From contig JBHJGN010000029.1 of NCBI GenBank assembly GCA_050331735.1, forward strand, positions 1 through 64,000: a stretch of DNA of 64,000 nt. The letters run 5' to 3'. Below the pieces are notes generated by a model. It did no database searches. It saw only the letters and a program-made list of their open reading frames with translations, and had not been told where the DNA came from. Each line of letters opens with the position of its first letter. The first letter of the stretch is position 1. Position numbers and translations under genes: made by a program. The DNA comes from Cyanophyceae cyanobacterium. Lineage in GTDB: Bacteria > Cyanobacteriota > Cyanobacteriia > Cyanobacteriales > JBHJGN01. Positions 41,562 to 52,208 of the stretch are shown here, one piece after another.

Positions 41562-42626
41562 CTAGCCCACATTCAGGCGATCGCCCGTTTTCACATCAAA
41601 CCAGTGCAGATGTCGTTCCTCAACGGTAAGAGCGATAGTATCTCCCGGCCAGCGCTGCTCAGCAGTTAGTAAGGCTCGCACCGTCACATCAGAGCCGTTA
41701 ACTCGGACGCTGACTAACTTTTCTTTCCCTAACTCTTCGACTAAATAAACTTTCCCGGCGATGATTGATGACTCTTGGCTGAGGTGAAGATCTTCAGGAC
41801 GAATGCCTAACACAATGCTAGTCGGCACTGAGGGTAGCTTCGGCAAAGGAATTTTGTACTGACCCAGAATGGCCGTTCGATTTTGACAGGGAAGTTCGAG
41901 TAAATTCATCTGCGGACTGCCCACAAAACTGGCCACAAACCGATTGGCTGGATGGGTATAGATCCGATGGGGCGGATCAAGCTGCTGAATTAACCCCTGA
42001 GCTAACACGGCTACTTGACTCGATAAAGTCATCGCTTCGGTTTGGTCATGAGTCACGTAGACAACGGGTTTGTTTTGTTCTTTAAACAACTGCTTAAGTT
42101 CTGAACGCACCTGTTCGCGCAGCAGCGCATCTAAGTTACTCAGTGGCTCATCTAATAAAAACACCTCCGGATCTCGCACCAAGGCTCTTGCCAAGGCAAC
42201 GCGCTGTCTTTGTCCGCCTGAGAGCTTTCCTGGCTTGCGCTCTAGTAATTGTTCCAACCCCAACTTACTAGAAACTTCACGGACTCTGCGCCCAATCTCG
42301 GGGGACGGAATCTTGTGGAGTTTCAACGCGGCGCTGATATTGTCTGCCACGCTCATATGCGGATACAGGGCGTAGCTTTGAAACACCATCGCAATATTGC
42401 GATCGCCAGGAGACACGCCGTTCATTCTTTGACCGCCGATGAAGACGTTGCCTTGTGTTGGTGCTTCCAATCCGGCAATCAAACGTAGCAAAGTCGACTT
42501 ACCGCACCCAGAAGGACCGAGAAGCGTTAGAAATTCTCCATCTTCAATATCAATGCTGATGTCCCTCACAGGAATCACTTTAGCACTATATTTTTTTTGC
42601 AGGTTTTGGAGTTCGAGCTTAGCCAT
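41562..42626 (-). CDS. Sugar/osmolyte ABC transporter ATP-binding protein (MalK family)
   Basis: [27 protein letters not shown] and VTHDQ motifs. Confidence 0.93.
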   Translation of the reverse strand: MAKLELQNLQKKYSAKVIPVRDISIDIEDGEFLTLLGPSGCGKSTLLRLIAGLEAPTQGNVFIGGQRMNGVSPGDRNIAMVFQSYALYPHMSVADNISAALKLHKIPSPEIGRRVREVSSKLGLEQLLERKPGKLSGGQRQRVALARALVRDPEVFLLDEPLSNLDALLREQVRSELKQLFKEQNKPVVYVTHDQTEAMTLSSQVAVLAQGLIQQLDPPHRIYTHPANRFVASFVGSPQMNLLELPCQNRTAILGQYKIPLPKLPSVPTSIVLGIRPEDLHLSQESSIIAGKVYLVEELGKEKLVSVRVNGSDVTVRALLTAEQRWPGDTIALTVEERHLHWFDVKTGDRLNVG

Positions 42627-42727
42627 TGTTGAAAAAACCGTGATGAGATTTCGCCGCTGATTTGAAAGAAATTTACAAAAGTCGCTAGACTGAGTAGCAA
42701 TTAGATAAATATTTTCAGATCTTACCT

Positions 42728-43051
42728 ATGAATGGACAAGGGACCGCCGCTGCGATGATGACAAGTTCGCCAACGGTAGCGCCGCAGCGGTCAAGCAAGG
42801 CCGTCCACACGCCTTATCCTAACTATAAAGTGATCGTTCTCAATGACGACGTAAATACGTTTAAGCACGTTGCTGAGTGCTTGATGAAATATATTCCCGG
42901 GATGACGAGCGATCGTGCTTGGAGCCTCACCGAACAGGTTCATTTTGAGGGACAGGCTACCGTTTGGGTAGGGCCTCAAGAACAAGCAGAGTTATATCAC
43001 CAACAATTAAGCCGCGCTGGTCTGACGATGGCTCCTCTGGAGGCCGCTTAA
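42728..43051 (+). CDS. clpS: ClpS adaptor protein
   Basis: YKVIVLNDDVNTF...VHFEG.A.VW.GP.EQAE. Confidence 0.93.
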   Translation: MNGQGTAAAMMTSSPTVAPQRSSKAVHTPYPNYKVIVLNDDVNTFKHVAECLMKYIPGMTSDRAWSLTEQVHFEGQATVWVGPQEQAELYHQQLSRAGLTMAPLEAA

Positions 43052-43335
43052 TGAGTCAGTCGGATGGTAGATTAGTGTGGAATCATTCCACCCATATTCC
43101 TGGCTTGATTCCGGTTTTAGAAAAGTTGATTACCTATCCAGGTATCCAAACGGTGACTCCTGGCGCACTGAGCCGCTCTAGAGGCCATTGTCCTCAGCTC
43201 AAGCTGCGAATTTCGGTGCCAATTCGAGGTGGATACAAAGTAATTGCCCGCCACGGAAAAACGGTTCAGGAAGTGTTTGTGATTACGAGTTTGAGTCAAG
43301 AAGAGTTAAACAAGACAATTAGAATGTGTTTTTAG
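43051..43335 (+). CDS. DUF2103-family protein
   Basis: GRLVWNHSTHIPGLI...G.KVIAR.G.TVQEVF; TAATG coupling with clpS. Confidence 0.8.
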   Translation: MSQSDGRLVWNHSTHIPGLIPVLEKLITYPGIQTVTPGALSRSRGHCPQLKLRISVPIRGGYKVIARHGKTVQEVFVITSLSQEELNKTIRMCF

Positions 43336-43369
43336 ACTCGAATACACGGTCTCTGAGTTTAGGTAGTTA

Positions 43370-45322
43370 TTGTCAACTTTTGTTCAAACGCCTCCGCTAA
43401 TCAGGTTAATCATTCTCATCGCTATCTGTAGCGTTCTTCTGCTGTTGTCGGAGCCAGTATTGGCTGAAACGTCACTGACAAAGCCAGTTTTAAGCGAAGA
43501 AATTCTGCAAGAGCGCATCGAATCACCCATCCAGAGTGAAGGATTATCGACGGTAGATCTCCGCAATTTTGCCGTTGACCTGACTAGCAAAAATGCCACC
43601 TTTCGTGATCGCTTTTACCAGCTATTGCAGACGAAGAGCAATCGTTCCAAGCAGCCCATCGGCATTGATTTAAGCAATTGCGTCATTCAAGGAAATCTGG
43701 CTGCCAGGGAGCTAGGTTTACAAACCCCTCTGAACCAAGCTGCCCTGTCCTCTCTGCTAAACCCGACAGAACGAGAACAGCTTAAACAAGACGAGCGCTT
43801 TCTGTTTAGTGATATTCAGCCAGTCCCCATCGTGACTGTTGTTCGCGGAGCGATTAAGCTGAACAACGCCCGTATTTTGGGAACTGTCGATTTTTCAGAC
43901 ACCTTTTTTTTACAGCGATTAGAAGCCGCAGCAGCGATTTTTGAGCAAGTTAATAGTAGCCAGACGCGCTTTGGGAGAGCGGCAGACTTTGGTGCAGCGA
44001 CCTTTCATCAAGACGCTGATTTTAGTCGCAGTACTTTTTTAGGCAAATCGAGGTTTAGTCACAGTCAGTTCCAAGGAGTGGCCGATTTTTCTGGCAGCAC
44101 ATTTGGGGATGCCTCTAACTGGAGTGGAGCAAGATTTGCTCAATTAGCTCAGTTCATCAGTGTTTTATGGCTCGAACAAGCAGATTTTAGCCAGGTGAAT
44201 TGGGGAAACCGCGTGTTGTTTTCTCAAAGTCACTTCAGGAATTTGTCGCTAGCAAACAGTACCTTTGAGCAAGCTGGCGCTTTTCGGGGAGTCGCTTTTC
44301 AGGAGTCTGTAGAGTTTCAGGATGTTAAGCTACTCGATCAGATCGACTTTAGCAACGCCATTTTTGCCAAGGGAGTGCGGCTCAATGTCGCTGGTTTGGC
44401 GTTTGACTCGGAAAGAGCTAAGGTGCTTGGCGATACGGGAACCATTGGTCAGAAAATTACTTTACCAACATTGCTCGGGAATGAGGCCGTATTACGCAAT
44501 CTTGTCCGCAACTTTCGCACTCTAGAGCAGATTCCCGATGCTAATCAAATTGAATATACAGCTCAAAAACTGCGGCAACAGCAGCTAAGTGCTCGCATCA
44601 CCCATCCCCTATTAACCTTGAAATTTCGTCAGGTTAAAGATATCTTACTCTGGCTCGGGTTAAGTATGCTGCTGCTGTTGAGCAACTACGGCACGAGCTT
44701 TGGTTTAGCATTTGGAGTGGGGATCGTGGCGATCGCCTATTTCGGCTTTCTGTTCTGGTTGATTGACCGTTATCGCCGCCGCTTGCCAACGCCGATTGTG
44801 CCTCACCGGACTGAAACGGTTTGCATGACGGGAAGCTGTGCGTTCCTTACGTTGATTGGCGTTGCTGAACTTTACGGCTATTCCGAGCGTCCTTGGCTCT
44901 CTCTGGCCTGCTTGGGGGTCTTTTTGCTGCCTCCCCTGGGGTTAGTGGTGCGTCTTTACCAGCAAGGTCGCTACCACAAGCTATTAGAAACCACTTATTT
45001 TGTTGAAGACGGCAGCATGCGACAGTTGCGCCTACTGATTGTCCGACTCCCCATCATGCCCCGGTTTCCTTTTTTCCGCGATCGCTATGAACCGATCTTA
45101 TGGAATAGTCGCTGGAACTGGCTGAACTACTACGATCTCAGCCTCAACAATTTTATTAAATTAGGATTCAACGATATCCGCGTCAGAGATCAGCATCTGC
45201 CAGGAATTGTTTCAATTCTAGTCTGGTATCAATGGAGTTTAGGGCTTCTCTACGTGGCGCTGCTGCTGTGGACGCTTTCTCGCACCATTCCCGGTCTCAA
45301 TTTGCTGATTTATTTAAAGTAG
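43370..45322 (+). CDS. Pentapeptide-repeat membrane protein
   Basis: ADFxxATF-type repeats followed by several TM helices. Confidence 0.8.
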   Translation: MSTFVQTPPLIRLIILIAICSVLLLLSEPVLAETSLTKPVLSEEILQERIESPIQSEGLSTVDLRNFAVDLTSKNATFRDRFYQLLQTKSNRSKQPIGIDLSNCVIQGNLAARELGLQTPLNQAALSSLLNPTEREQLKQDERFLFSDIQPVPIVTVVRGAIKLNNARILGTVDFSDTFFLQRLEAAAAIFEQVNSSQTRFGRAADFGAATFHQDADFSRSTFLGKSRFSHSQFQGVADFSGSTFGDASNWSGARFAQLAQFISVLWLEQADFSQVNWGNRVLFSQSHFRNLSLANSTFEQAGAFRGVAFQESVEFQDVKLLDQIDFSNAIFAKGVRLNVAGLAFDSERAKVLGDTGTIGQKITLPTLLGNEAVLRNLVRNFRTLEQIPDANQIEYTAQKLRQQQLSARITHPLLTLKFRQVKDILLWLGLSMLLLLSNYGTSFGLAFGVGIVAIAYFGFLFWLIDRYRRRLPTPIVPHRTETVCMTGSCAFLTLIGVAELYGYSERPWLSLACLGVFLLPPLGLVVRLYQQGRYHKLLETTYFVEDGSMRQLRLLIVRLPIMPRFPFFRDRYEPILWNSRWNWLNYYDLSLNNFIKLGFNDIRVRDQHLPGIVSILVWYQWSLGLLYVALLLWTLSRTIPGLNLLIYLK

Positions 45323-45494
45323 TCCTGTGAAGCAGGTGATCGAGAAGGGCGATAAAGCAAGAAAAATCAGGACGGTGCAGTGACTTGAAAGCTTTTCAGC
45401 GTCAAGGAGGTTACTTTTGACGGCTGCTAAAGAATAAACATTAAAAAAAAGGACACTCTTGTTGAGAGAGCTGACTTCTTTGAGTTCGGCAAAA

Positions 45495-45686
45495 CTAGTC
45501 GTTTACTGCAACCGTGACAGTGACCGTATCGGCAGCACCCAGCACGACGTTACTATCCCCGGCTGCGATCGCATCTAGAGTCGCTTTGACACTTTCCCCG
45601 GCGCTTTCCCGACCATCCAGCACGGCAACATCAATAGCAGCGGCTACCTCTCCAGCCGGAACGCTAATCGTTTGCAGATCGGTAAA
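45495..45686 (-). pseudogene. Start-less Calx-beta-like domain fragment
   Basis: Translates to FTDLQTISVPAGEVAAAIDVAVLDGRESAGESVKATLDAIAAGDSNVVLGAADTVTVTVAVND*, preceded by an in-frame TAA. Confidence 0.6.
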
Positions 45687-46459
45687 TTATTAAGAGATTA
45701 TACATACGCAAATGTACGTACTTGAGTGCTGCACTGCGGATACGGATGGTAGACCGAGCACAATTTATCTTTATCGATATCAATAGAAGCTTCTAACTAA
45801 CACTTCTTCAATGTTTGATGATAAGAGCGAGAACCTCAACAGAAACTGTTGATTGCTTGGTCTACCTCTTAGAGAGGCTGTCAGTCACTTCTTGTCCTGT
45901 CAGATTAGCGACTAGTTTTATGAAGCTGCTAGCTTAGTAAGGTTACTAACTCATCAGCTTCGTGTTAGACCAACATTAGAGTAGAGTGAGCTTTACCAAC
46001 ACAAGCACTGACAGATAGTTTTCTCACCTCAACGCCTTCTATTGTTGACGCTACTGCGCGTTTTCTGTAAAGATAATATCTCAGTCATTGAAACGACATT
46101 GTGACTATCTTTATGACTGTTAGACAAAAGGAAAGTAGTAGCATTCTTCTTGTATTTGTCGCCTTAAATCAAGTATCATGCATCAAGTTGACTTTTTTTG
46201 AAGTATTTTAACAGTAAAAAATATAATAGTTCAGACAGCCACTCTAAAAAACAAAAGCTGGCGATCAATGTAAAATACCGTTTTCTCGGTATTTTTTCAT
46301 AAACAAAATTAGAAAGTCTACTAGAAAGCTACGTTTCCAAATCTCAAAAATCCGTATTTTTCCTGAGTTACCAAAATTCAAAACCAGGTTTTAATTAAAG
46401 AGTTTTTAAGCTGATTGCGATCGCTTGCTTAACGTACAACGTCATAGATTTAATTAATA

Positions 46460-49132
46460 ATGGCAGACACCAACTCATCATCTTCGTCCCCAAAATCTAT
46501 CCGACTAGAAACAGAAAGTTTTAACCTCAGTGAAAATTACGTCGCTAAATCCTCCCAGGGATATATTGAGCTTCTTGGTAGTAACGGAACTCAAGGAAGT
46601 GCGTCTGTTCCTCTATCGGTCGCCGGAACCTACAAATTGGTTGTCGGTTACTACGACGAGAACGATGGAGAATCATCCGTTGAGGTTGGTCTTAACGGTC
46701 AGACCATTGATGCTTGGGTGCTTGATGACATTACCCAGGGCGATCCGGAAAAGGCTCCTTACGACCGCGCCAGCCCTGAAACTTTCCTCAAGCGCACTTT
46801 GGCACAAGAAGTCACAATTCAGTCAGGAGATATTCTGTCAATCGATGCGGTGCGAGGGGATGGAGAACGGGCGAGAATTGACTACGTTGATTTAATTCCT
46901 GTTGAGGAACAGCCACCCACACAAGATGAGCCAACTTCTCCACCAACACTAACCGCTAATAAAACGCTACGACTAGAAGCAGAAGATTATCAGGCCTACA
47001 AAGATACCACGTCTGGCAACGAGGGTGGAGCGTACCGCAAGGACGACGTAGATATCGAGAAAACAAGTGATGCTGGTGGTGGCTATAACGTCGGCTGGAT
47101 TGCTCAAGGAGAATGGCTTGACTATACCATAGACGTTCAGCAAGCGGGAGACTACGATTTGACCGCGCGAGTAGCGGCCAAAGGGTCTGAACAAAAATCG
47201 TTCAGCGTTAATGGGCAAGCGGTAGACTTCTCGGCTACCGGAGGCTGGCAGGACTGGCAAACAATTGATGCAGGGACACTCTCTCTGTCTGCGGGAACCA
47301 ACAAGATCCGAGTATCGGCACTATCAGAGCGGTTCAATGTAAACTACTTTGAATTGGTAGCTGCTGACTCCTCCCCAGAACCAGAACCGCCGACACCAAA
47401 GACCGCAGTAGAAATAGACGGTGAGCTGCGAACATGGCACGATATCTCTCTGACCTTTGACGGTCCCAGTGCCAGCGAAACCGATTCCTTCAACCCCTTT
47501 CTGAACTATCGTTTGGACGTTACCTTCACCAATGGCAGTTCAACCTACGTTGTCCCTGGCTACTTTGCTGCCGATGGTGAGGCCGCGGAAACCTCGGCGA
47601 CTGCGGGCAATCAATGGCGCGTTCATTTTAGTCCACCAAAAGCTGGAACCTGGAACTACGAAGTCAATTTTCAAAAAGGGAATAATGTAGCGATCGCCGA
47701 CAATCTTAATGCTGGTTCATCAGTAGCCGGACTGGATGGCTTAACGGGCTCTTTTAAGGTGGCCTCTACCAACAAAGCGGGTCGGGATTTCCGCGGAAAA
47801 GGACGGCTAGAAGATGTCGGAGAACACTATCTGCGTCATGCCGGAACCAAAGAATACTTTCTGAAAGGGGGAGCTGGAAGTCCAGAAAATTTCCTAGGCT
47901 ATTGGGAATTTGACGGCACTAAAGACAATGGCGGGAAAGGAAACGATCTGCAAAATGGTCTGCACCGCTACTCCCCTCACGTCAAAGATTGGCGTTCTGG
48001 CGATCCTGTGTGGCAAGGTGATCAGGGCAAAGGCATTATTGGAGCGCTCAACTACCTGGCTTCTGAAGAAATGAATTCTGTCTATTTTCTCTCCTTTAAT
48101 ACCGAAGGGGGCGATGGGCAAGAAGTCTATCCTTGGACGACCGCTGATACCAACACGCGCTACGACGTCAGCAAACTGGAGCAGTGGGAAATTGTCTTTG
48201 ACCATATGGACCAGTCGGGAATTATGCTCCATCTTCTTACTCAGGAGCAGGAGAACGATCAGGCTCTCGATGGTGGCAATTTAGGCAGTGAGCGGAAGCT
48301 TTATTACCGAGAGTTAGTTGCCCGTTTTGGCCATCATTTAGGTCTGACCTGGAACTTGGGAGAAGAGAATACGAACACCAATTCTCAGCGTCGAGCGTTT
48401 GCTGACTATCTGCGGGATATCGACCCTTACGATTCTGCCATCGTTGTCCATACTTATCCAGGTCAAAAAGAAACCGTTTACTCTCCGCTTCTCGGCAACA
48501 AAGATCTTAATGGTGCTTCATTGCAGAGCAAGCCTGCGGCAGTTCATGCTGATGTCCTTGAGTGGCGGGAGAGATCTGCTGCTTCTGGTCAACCGTGGAT
48601 TGTAACTGTTGATGAAATTGGTCCGGCTAATCGCGGGGCGCTTCCTGATGCTAATTCTAATCACGACGACATCCGCGATTCTGCCCTGTGGGGAGGTTTA
48701 ATGGCAGGAGGAGCCGGAATAGAGTGGTATTTCGGCTATGACTACCCCAACAACGATCTCGATGCCGAAGACTGGCGCAGTCGCGACAATCTGTGGGATC
48801 AAACCCGCCATGCCCTCAACTTTTTCCAAGAGTATCTGCCGTTTTGGGATATGGAAAGTTTGGACAGCATTACCTCCGATTCAGATGATTATGTTTTCGG
48901 GAAAACAGGAGAAATTTATGCCGTCTATTTGCCGGATGGAGGTTCGACAGCGATTGATTTACCTCAGGGAAGCTATGACGTGCAGTGGTACAATCCCCGT
49001 AGTGGCGGCAGTCTTGTTAACGGCTCGATCGCGAGCGTCAGCGGTGGAGAAAACGTTCTACTAGGGAATGCTCCCAACAGTCAAAACCAAGACTGGGTTG
49101 TTTTGGTAACCAACGACTCTTTTTCACTCTAA
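46460..49132 (+). CDS. Multi-domain carbohydrate-binding protein: CBM35/CBM6-like modules, DUF5060-like domain and glycoside-hydrolase-like core
   Basis: LEAEDY, GGYNVGWI, TGGWQDW (CBM6); FNPFLNYRLDVTF and WRVHFSP; WNLGEEN; YDVQWYNPRSG C-terminus. Confidence 0.75.
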   Translation: MADTNSSSSSPKSIRLETESFNLSENYVAKSSQGYIELLGSNGTQGSASVPLSVAGTYKLVVGYYDENDGESSVEVGLNGQTIDAWVLDDITQGDPEKAPYDRASPETFLKRTLAQEVTIQSGDILSIDAVRGDGERARIDYVDLIPVEEQPPTQDEPTSPPTLTANKTLRLEAEDYQAYKDTTSGNEGGAYRKDDVDIEKTSDAGGGYNVGWIAQGEWLDYTIDVQQAGDYDLTARVAAKGSEQKSFSVNGQAVDFSATGGWQDWQTIDAGTLSLSAGTNKIRVSALSERFNVNYFELVAADSSPEPEPPTPKTAVEIDGELRTWHDISLTFDGPSASETDSFNPFLNYRLDVTFTNGSSTYVVPGYFAADGEAAETSATAGNQWRVHFSPPKAGTWNYEVNFQKGNNVAIADNLNAGSSVAGLDGLTGSFKVASTNKAGRDFRGKGRLEDVGEHYLRHAGTKEYFLKGGAGSPENFLGYWEFDGTKDNGGKGNDLQNGLHRYSPHVKDWRSGDPVWQGDQGKGIIGALNYLASEEMNSVYFLSFNTEGGDGQEVYPWTTADTNTRYDVSKLEQWEIVFDHMDQSGIMLHLLTQEQENDQALDGGNLGSERKLYYRELVARFGHHLGLTWNLGEENTNTNSQRRAFADYLRDIDPYDSAIVVHTYPGQKETVYSPLLGNKDLNGASLQSKPAAVHADVLEWRERSAASGQPWIVTVDEIGPANRGALPDANSNHDDIRDSALWGGLMAGGAGIEWYFGYDYPNNDLDAEDWRSRDNLWDQTRHALNFFQEYLPFWDMESLDSITSDSDDYVFGKTGEIYAVYLPDGGSTAIDLPQGSYDVQWYNPRSGGSLVNGSIASVSGGENVLLGNAPNSQNQDWVVLVTNDSFSL

Positions 49133-49232
49133 AGCTGTTGGAGCAAGCGTTACTCAGCTTGGCCCTAACTGTATCTCTTGATACTTACCTGGCGATACAG
49201 TAGCGTTTCAATAAATTGTTGAGCAAGAGAGT

Positions 49233-49261
49233 AGACCCAAGCAAAAATAATGCTTGGGTCT
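49233..49261. terminator. Hairpin after the carbohydrate-binding protein gene
   Basis: AGACCCAAGCA-N7-TGCTTGGGTCT, perfect 11-bp stem. Confidence 0.55.
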
Positions 49262-49907
49262 CATCGCATAACGAGGTTAAGTTTGGGTCGTATCGCTAAG
49301 GCAGCGAGATAGATACTTTGCCTCGGTCCGCTTGACTTTCTATACCGAGATAAACGCCTTAATTCCTTGAGTAAAGTCTTTCCTTGATGATTTGAGCCAA
49401 TTTGCTTTACTGACATACTGCTATAGTAGTATGTCAGCACGATAGGACACTTTCCCGCTGTTGGGCTTTGATCATCAAAACCCTAGCTTTGAAATGTATC
49501 ATAACCCACGAGCGTAATGCTATGGTAAACAACACTGCCCTTCCAAGCAGGTTTGCATAATAAATGTAATTCGTTCTCAGTAGAACATTGATTAGTTATT
49601 TCAGGGAAGCTGTTGAATCTAGTTGAGGCCCGAAGCTTAATCTCCCAAAACTCGGTTTGCCTAAAATAAAGGTAATCAGATACAGATTAATAGTAAGTTT
49701 TTGCTGTATGAGCTGGTTAGGTAAATGAATTTGAATGTTAGCGATAAAACATCAAAGCACAAAATACAGAAATTTCTTTGAAAACAGAAGGACATTACCT
49801 ATTTATCTTGTCAGTATTGCTGATTAAAGCTACTCTTTTACATGATTTCTTTGTCGCTCTAAAAACTCACCTGTGGTTTTGACGTCAAGCATTTAAAGAG
49901 GTAAATC

Positions 49908-50615
49908 ATGAAGACTCGATTACTGACAACTATCGCGTTCCTAACTACTGTCGTGGGTTTCCAGTCAGCACAAGCGGCTGAACTTTCCCTCACACCCTCT
50001 ACCTGGGGGACTTTGACTGACGGCGGCAGTGAAGAGATTGACGGCGTAGTAGATTTTATTTCTGTAGAGGATGAGGTCATTGCTGGCTACAGCAGCACCG
50101 CACCGGAAGAATTTCAGGGAAATTTAGAATTTGGAGTCATCGAGTTTACTGTACAATCAATGACCTTCATCGAAAGCGCCTTTTTAAACCTGTTGAATTA
50201 TGATGATAGCGGATCTTCAGAATCGCTACCGTTTCAACTTTATGGTTACATTGGAGACGGTCAGATTACGGCATCAGATTTCTTGGCAGGAAATCTGCTG
50301 GCGGACTTCACTCTTGACTTTACAGGAAACCCGGAGAGTGTTGCCATTGATGTCACAGATTACGTTAGTCAAGTTGTGGCAGCAGGAAATGAAGTTGTCG
50401 GATTCAATATTAGACCAGACGGAAATCCGCAAGAAAACAACACCGCCTACTTTTTTAGTTCTCCTGCAGCCGGACCGGGTTCCTCTACTTTAGATATTGA
50501 AGCTCAGCCAATTCCAGAACCGCTAACGATTCTTGGCACAGGGACAGCTTTAGCCCTGGGAGCCGCGTTCAAGCGGAAATTGGCTCAGAAACAAACCACA
50601 TCGCGATCGAAGTGA
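49908..50615 (+). CDS. PEP-CTERM surface protein
   Basis: Signal peptide ending AQA; IPEPLTILGTGTALALGAAFKRK tail. Confidence 0.88.
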   Translation: MKTRLLTTIAFLTTVVGFQSAQAAELSLTPSTWGTLTDGGSEEIDGVVDFISVEDEVIAGYSSTAPEEFQGNLEFGVIEFTVQSMTFIESAFLNLLNYDDSGSSESLPFQLYGYIGDGQITASDFLAGNLLADFTLDFTGNPESVAIDVTDYVSQVVAAGNEVVGFNIRPDGNPQENNTAYFFSSPAAGPGSSTLDIEAQPIPEPLTILGTGTALALGAAFKRKLAQKQTTSRSK

Positions 50616-50628
50616 TCGGAGCTGAACT

Positions 50629-51972
50629 CTAAAACTGGGCGCGGAACTTTTCGACGACTCTGCTTAACCCAACAGAATTAGACGCTTTGAATAAAATGCG
50701 ATCGCCCGCCTGCACCAGGCTGCTCAAATAGTACGTCAACTCATCGTGGGTCGTGAAGCACTGAGTGGCTACCCCGGCAGCTCCCTGAGCAATGGCTTCT
50801 GTGGCTGGTTCGTCGATCAACACCAGTAATTGCTCAATGCCGAGCTGCCCAACGGTAGCTCCGACCTGCTGATGGAGCGGAACAGCATAGTCTCCCAGCT
50901 CCTTCATAGTTCCTAACACGGCAATCCGTCGCGTTCCAGGCGTTTCCTTAAGTAAGTGTAGAGCAGCCAACATCGATTCTAAGCCCGCGTTGTAGGTCTC
51001 ATCTAAAATGAGAATATCGTTGGGCAACTGGTAGCGTCGGGCTCGTCCCTTGGGTAAATTGACCGTGAGCCCGTTCTGTAGCGCCGTGAGGTCAAACCCG
51101 AGGGCGCTAGCTACCGCAACTGCCGCTAGAGTGTTGAGAGCATTGTGTCGTCCAGGCAGCGGAAGCGGCAGCTTCAGATCTCCCACTCTTAAAGTATCGG
51201 CAGCGATTAATTCTCCTCGTACCTCTCCGTGCTCTAATCCATAGGTAATAGTGCGTCCTTGCCACACTGCCGCTGCGGTATCTATTAATCGCCGATCCTC
51301 CGCATTGAGGATAGCCACTCCTGAGGGCGACATACGGGCTAACAGTTCGCATTTGGCGGCGGCAATTGCTGCCCTGGAACCAAGTCTACCGATGTGCGCC
51401 GTTCCCACGTTGGTAATCACGCCAATGGTGGGACGGGCAATTTGAGTGAGCAGAGCAATTTCTCCGCGAGCACGCATCGCCATTTCAATCACAGCATAGT
51501 CGTGTTGAGGCTCAAGCTCTAGCAAGGTTTTGGGGACACCAATTTCGTTGTTGTAGTTAGCCTCGGTTTTAAGCACCTGTCCATCAAGGGATAACACAGC
51601 AGCAATTAACTCTTTAGTCGTCGTTTTACCCACCGATCCCGTCACGGCGATGACCGGAATTTCCCGGCGGTCTCGCCACCAGCGAGCGATTTTCTGATAG
51701 GCTGCCAGAGTATCTTCTACCTGAAACTGAGGAGCCGGGACCGTTCCCAAACGCTCCACAATGAAAGCGATCGCTCCTCGCTCAAGAGCCGTTTCAATGA
51801 AATTATGACCATCAAACTGCTCTCCTCTAAGAGCGACAAAGATCTCGTTGCGATTGAGAGTCCGAGTGTCTGTACTGAGCCCTGCTGCTGTTTGGGTTAA
51901 GTTTGTAGATGGCGATGGTGAGACCTGGAGAATCGCGCCAATGTCGGCTAGGGTAAATTGAGGCATAGCCAA
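50629..51972 (-). CDS. murF: UDP-MurNAc-tripeptide D-Ala-D-Ala ligase
   Basis: TGSVGKTTTKE, NNEIGVP and LGTMKELG motifs. Confidence 0.96.
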   Translation of the reverse strand: MAMPQFTLADIGAILQVSPSPSTNLTQTAAGLSTDTRTLNRNEIFVALRGEQFDGHNFIETALERGAIAFIVERLGTVPAPQFQVEDTLAAYQKIARWWRDRREIPVIAVTGSVGKTTTKELIAAVLSLDGQVLKTEANYNNEIGVPKTLLELEPQHDYAVIEMAMRARGEIALLTQIARPTIGVITNVGTAHIGRLGSRAAIAAAKCELLARMSPSGVAILNAEDRRLIDTAAAVWQGRTITYGLEHGEVRGELIAADTLRVGDLKLPLPLPGRHNALNTLAAVAVASALGFDLTALQNGLTVNLPKGRARRYQLPNDILILDETYNAGLESMLAALHLLKETPGTRRIAVLGTMKELGDYAVPLHQQVGATVGQLGIEQLLVLIDEPATEAIAQGAAGVATQCFTTHDELTYYLSSLVQAGDRILFKASNSVGLSRVVEKFRAQF

Positions 51973-52208
51973 TAGAGATGGGTAAAAGGTTAATGGAGAA
52001 ACTGTATCAAGACAGCCAGCATTTAGAAAAGTCGTTGCTTCTGGCGAGGGTTGACGGTGTTGAATTGCCGATTAATCATACTACCAATGCAATCGTTACA
52101 TTTCTAAGGGCTTGCGAGGAGAAATTTTGAGAAATAATCGGTAAGCTCTGAAATAACGAGTCGTCATGGTGGCGCAGGTAACCGATGTAAATAATCCCCG
52201 AGAAAAAC

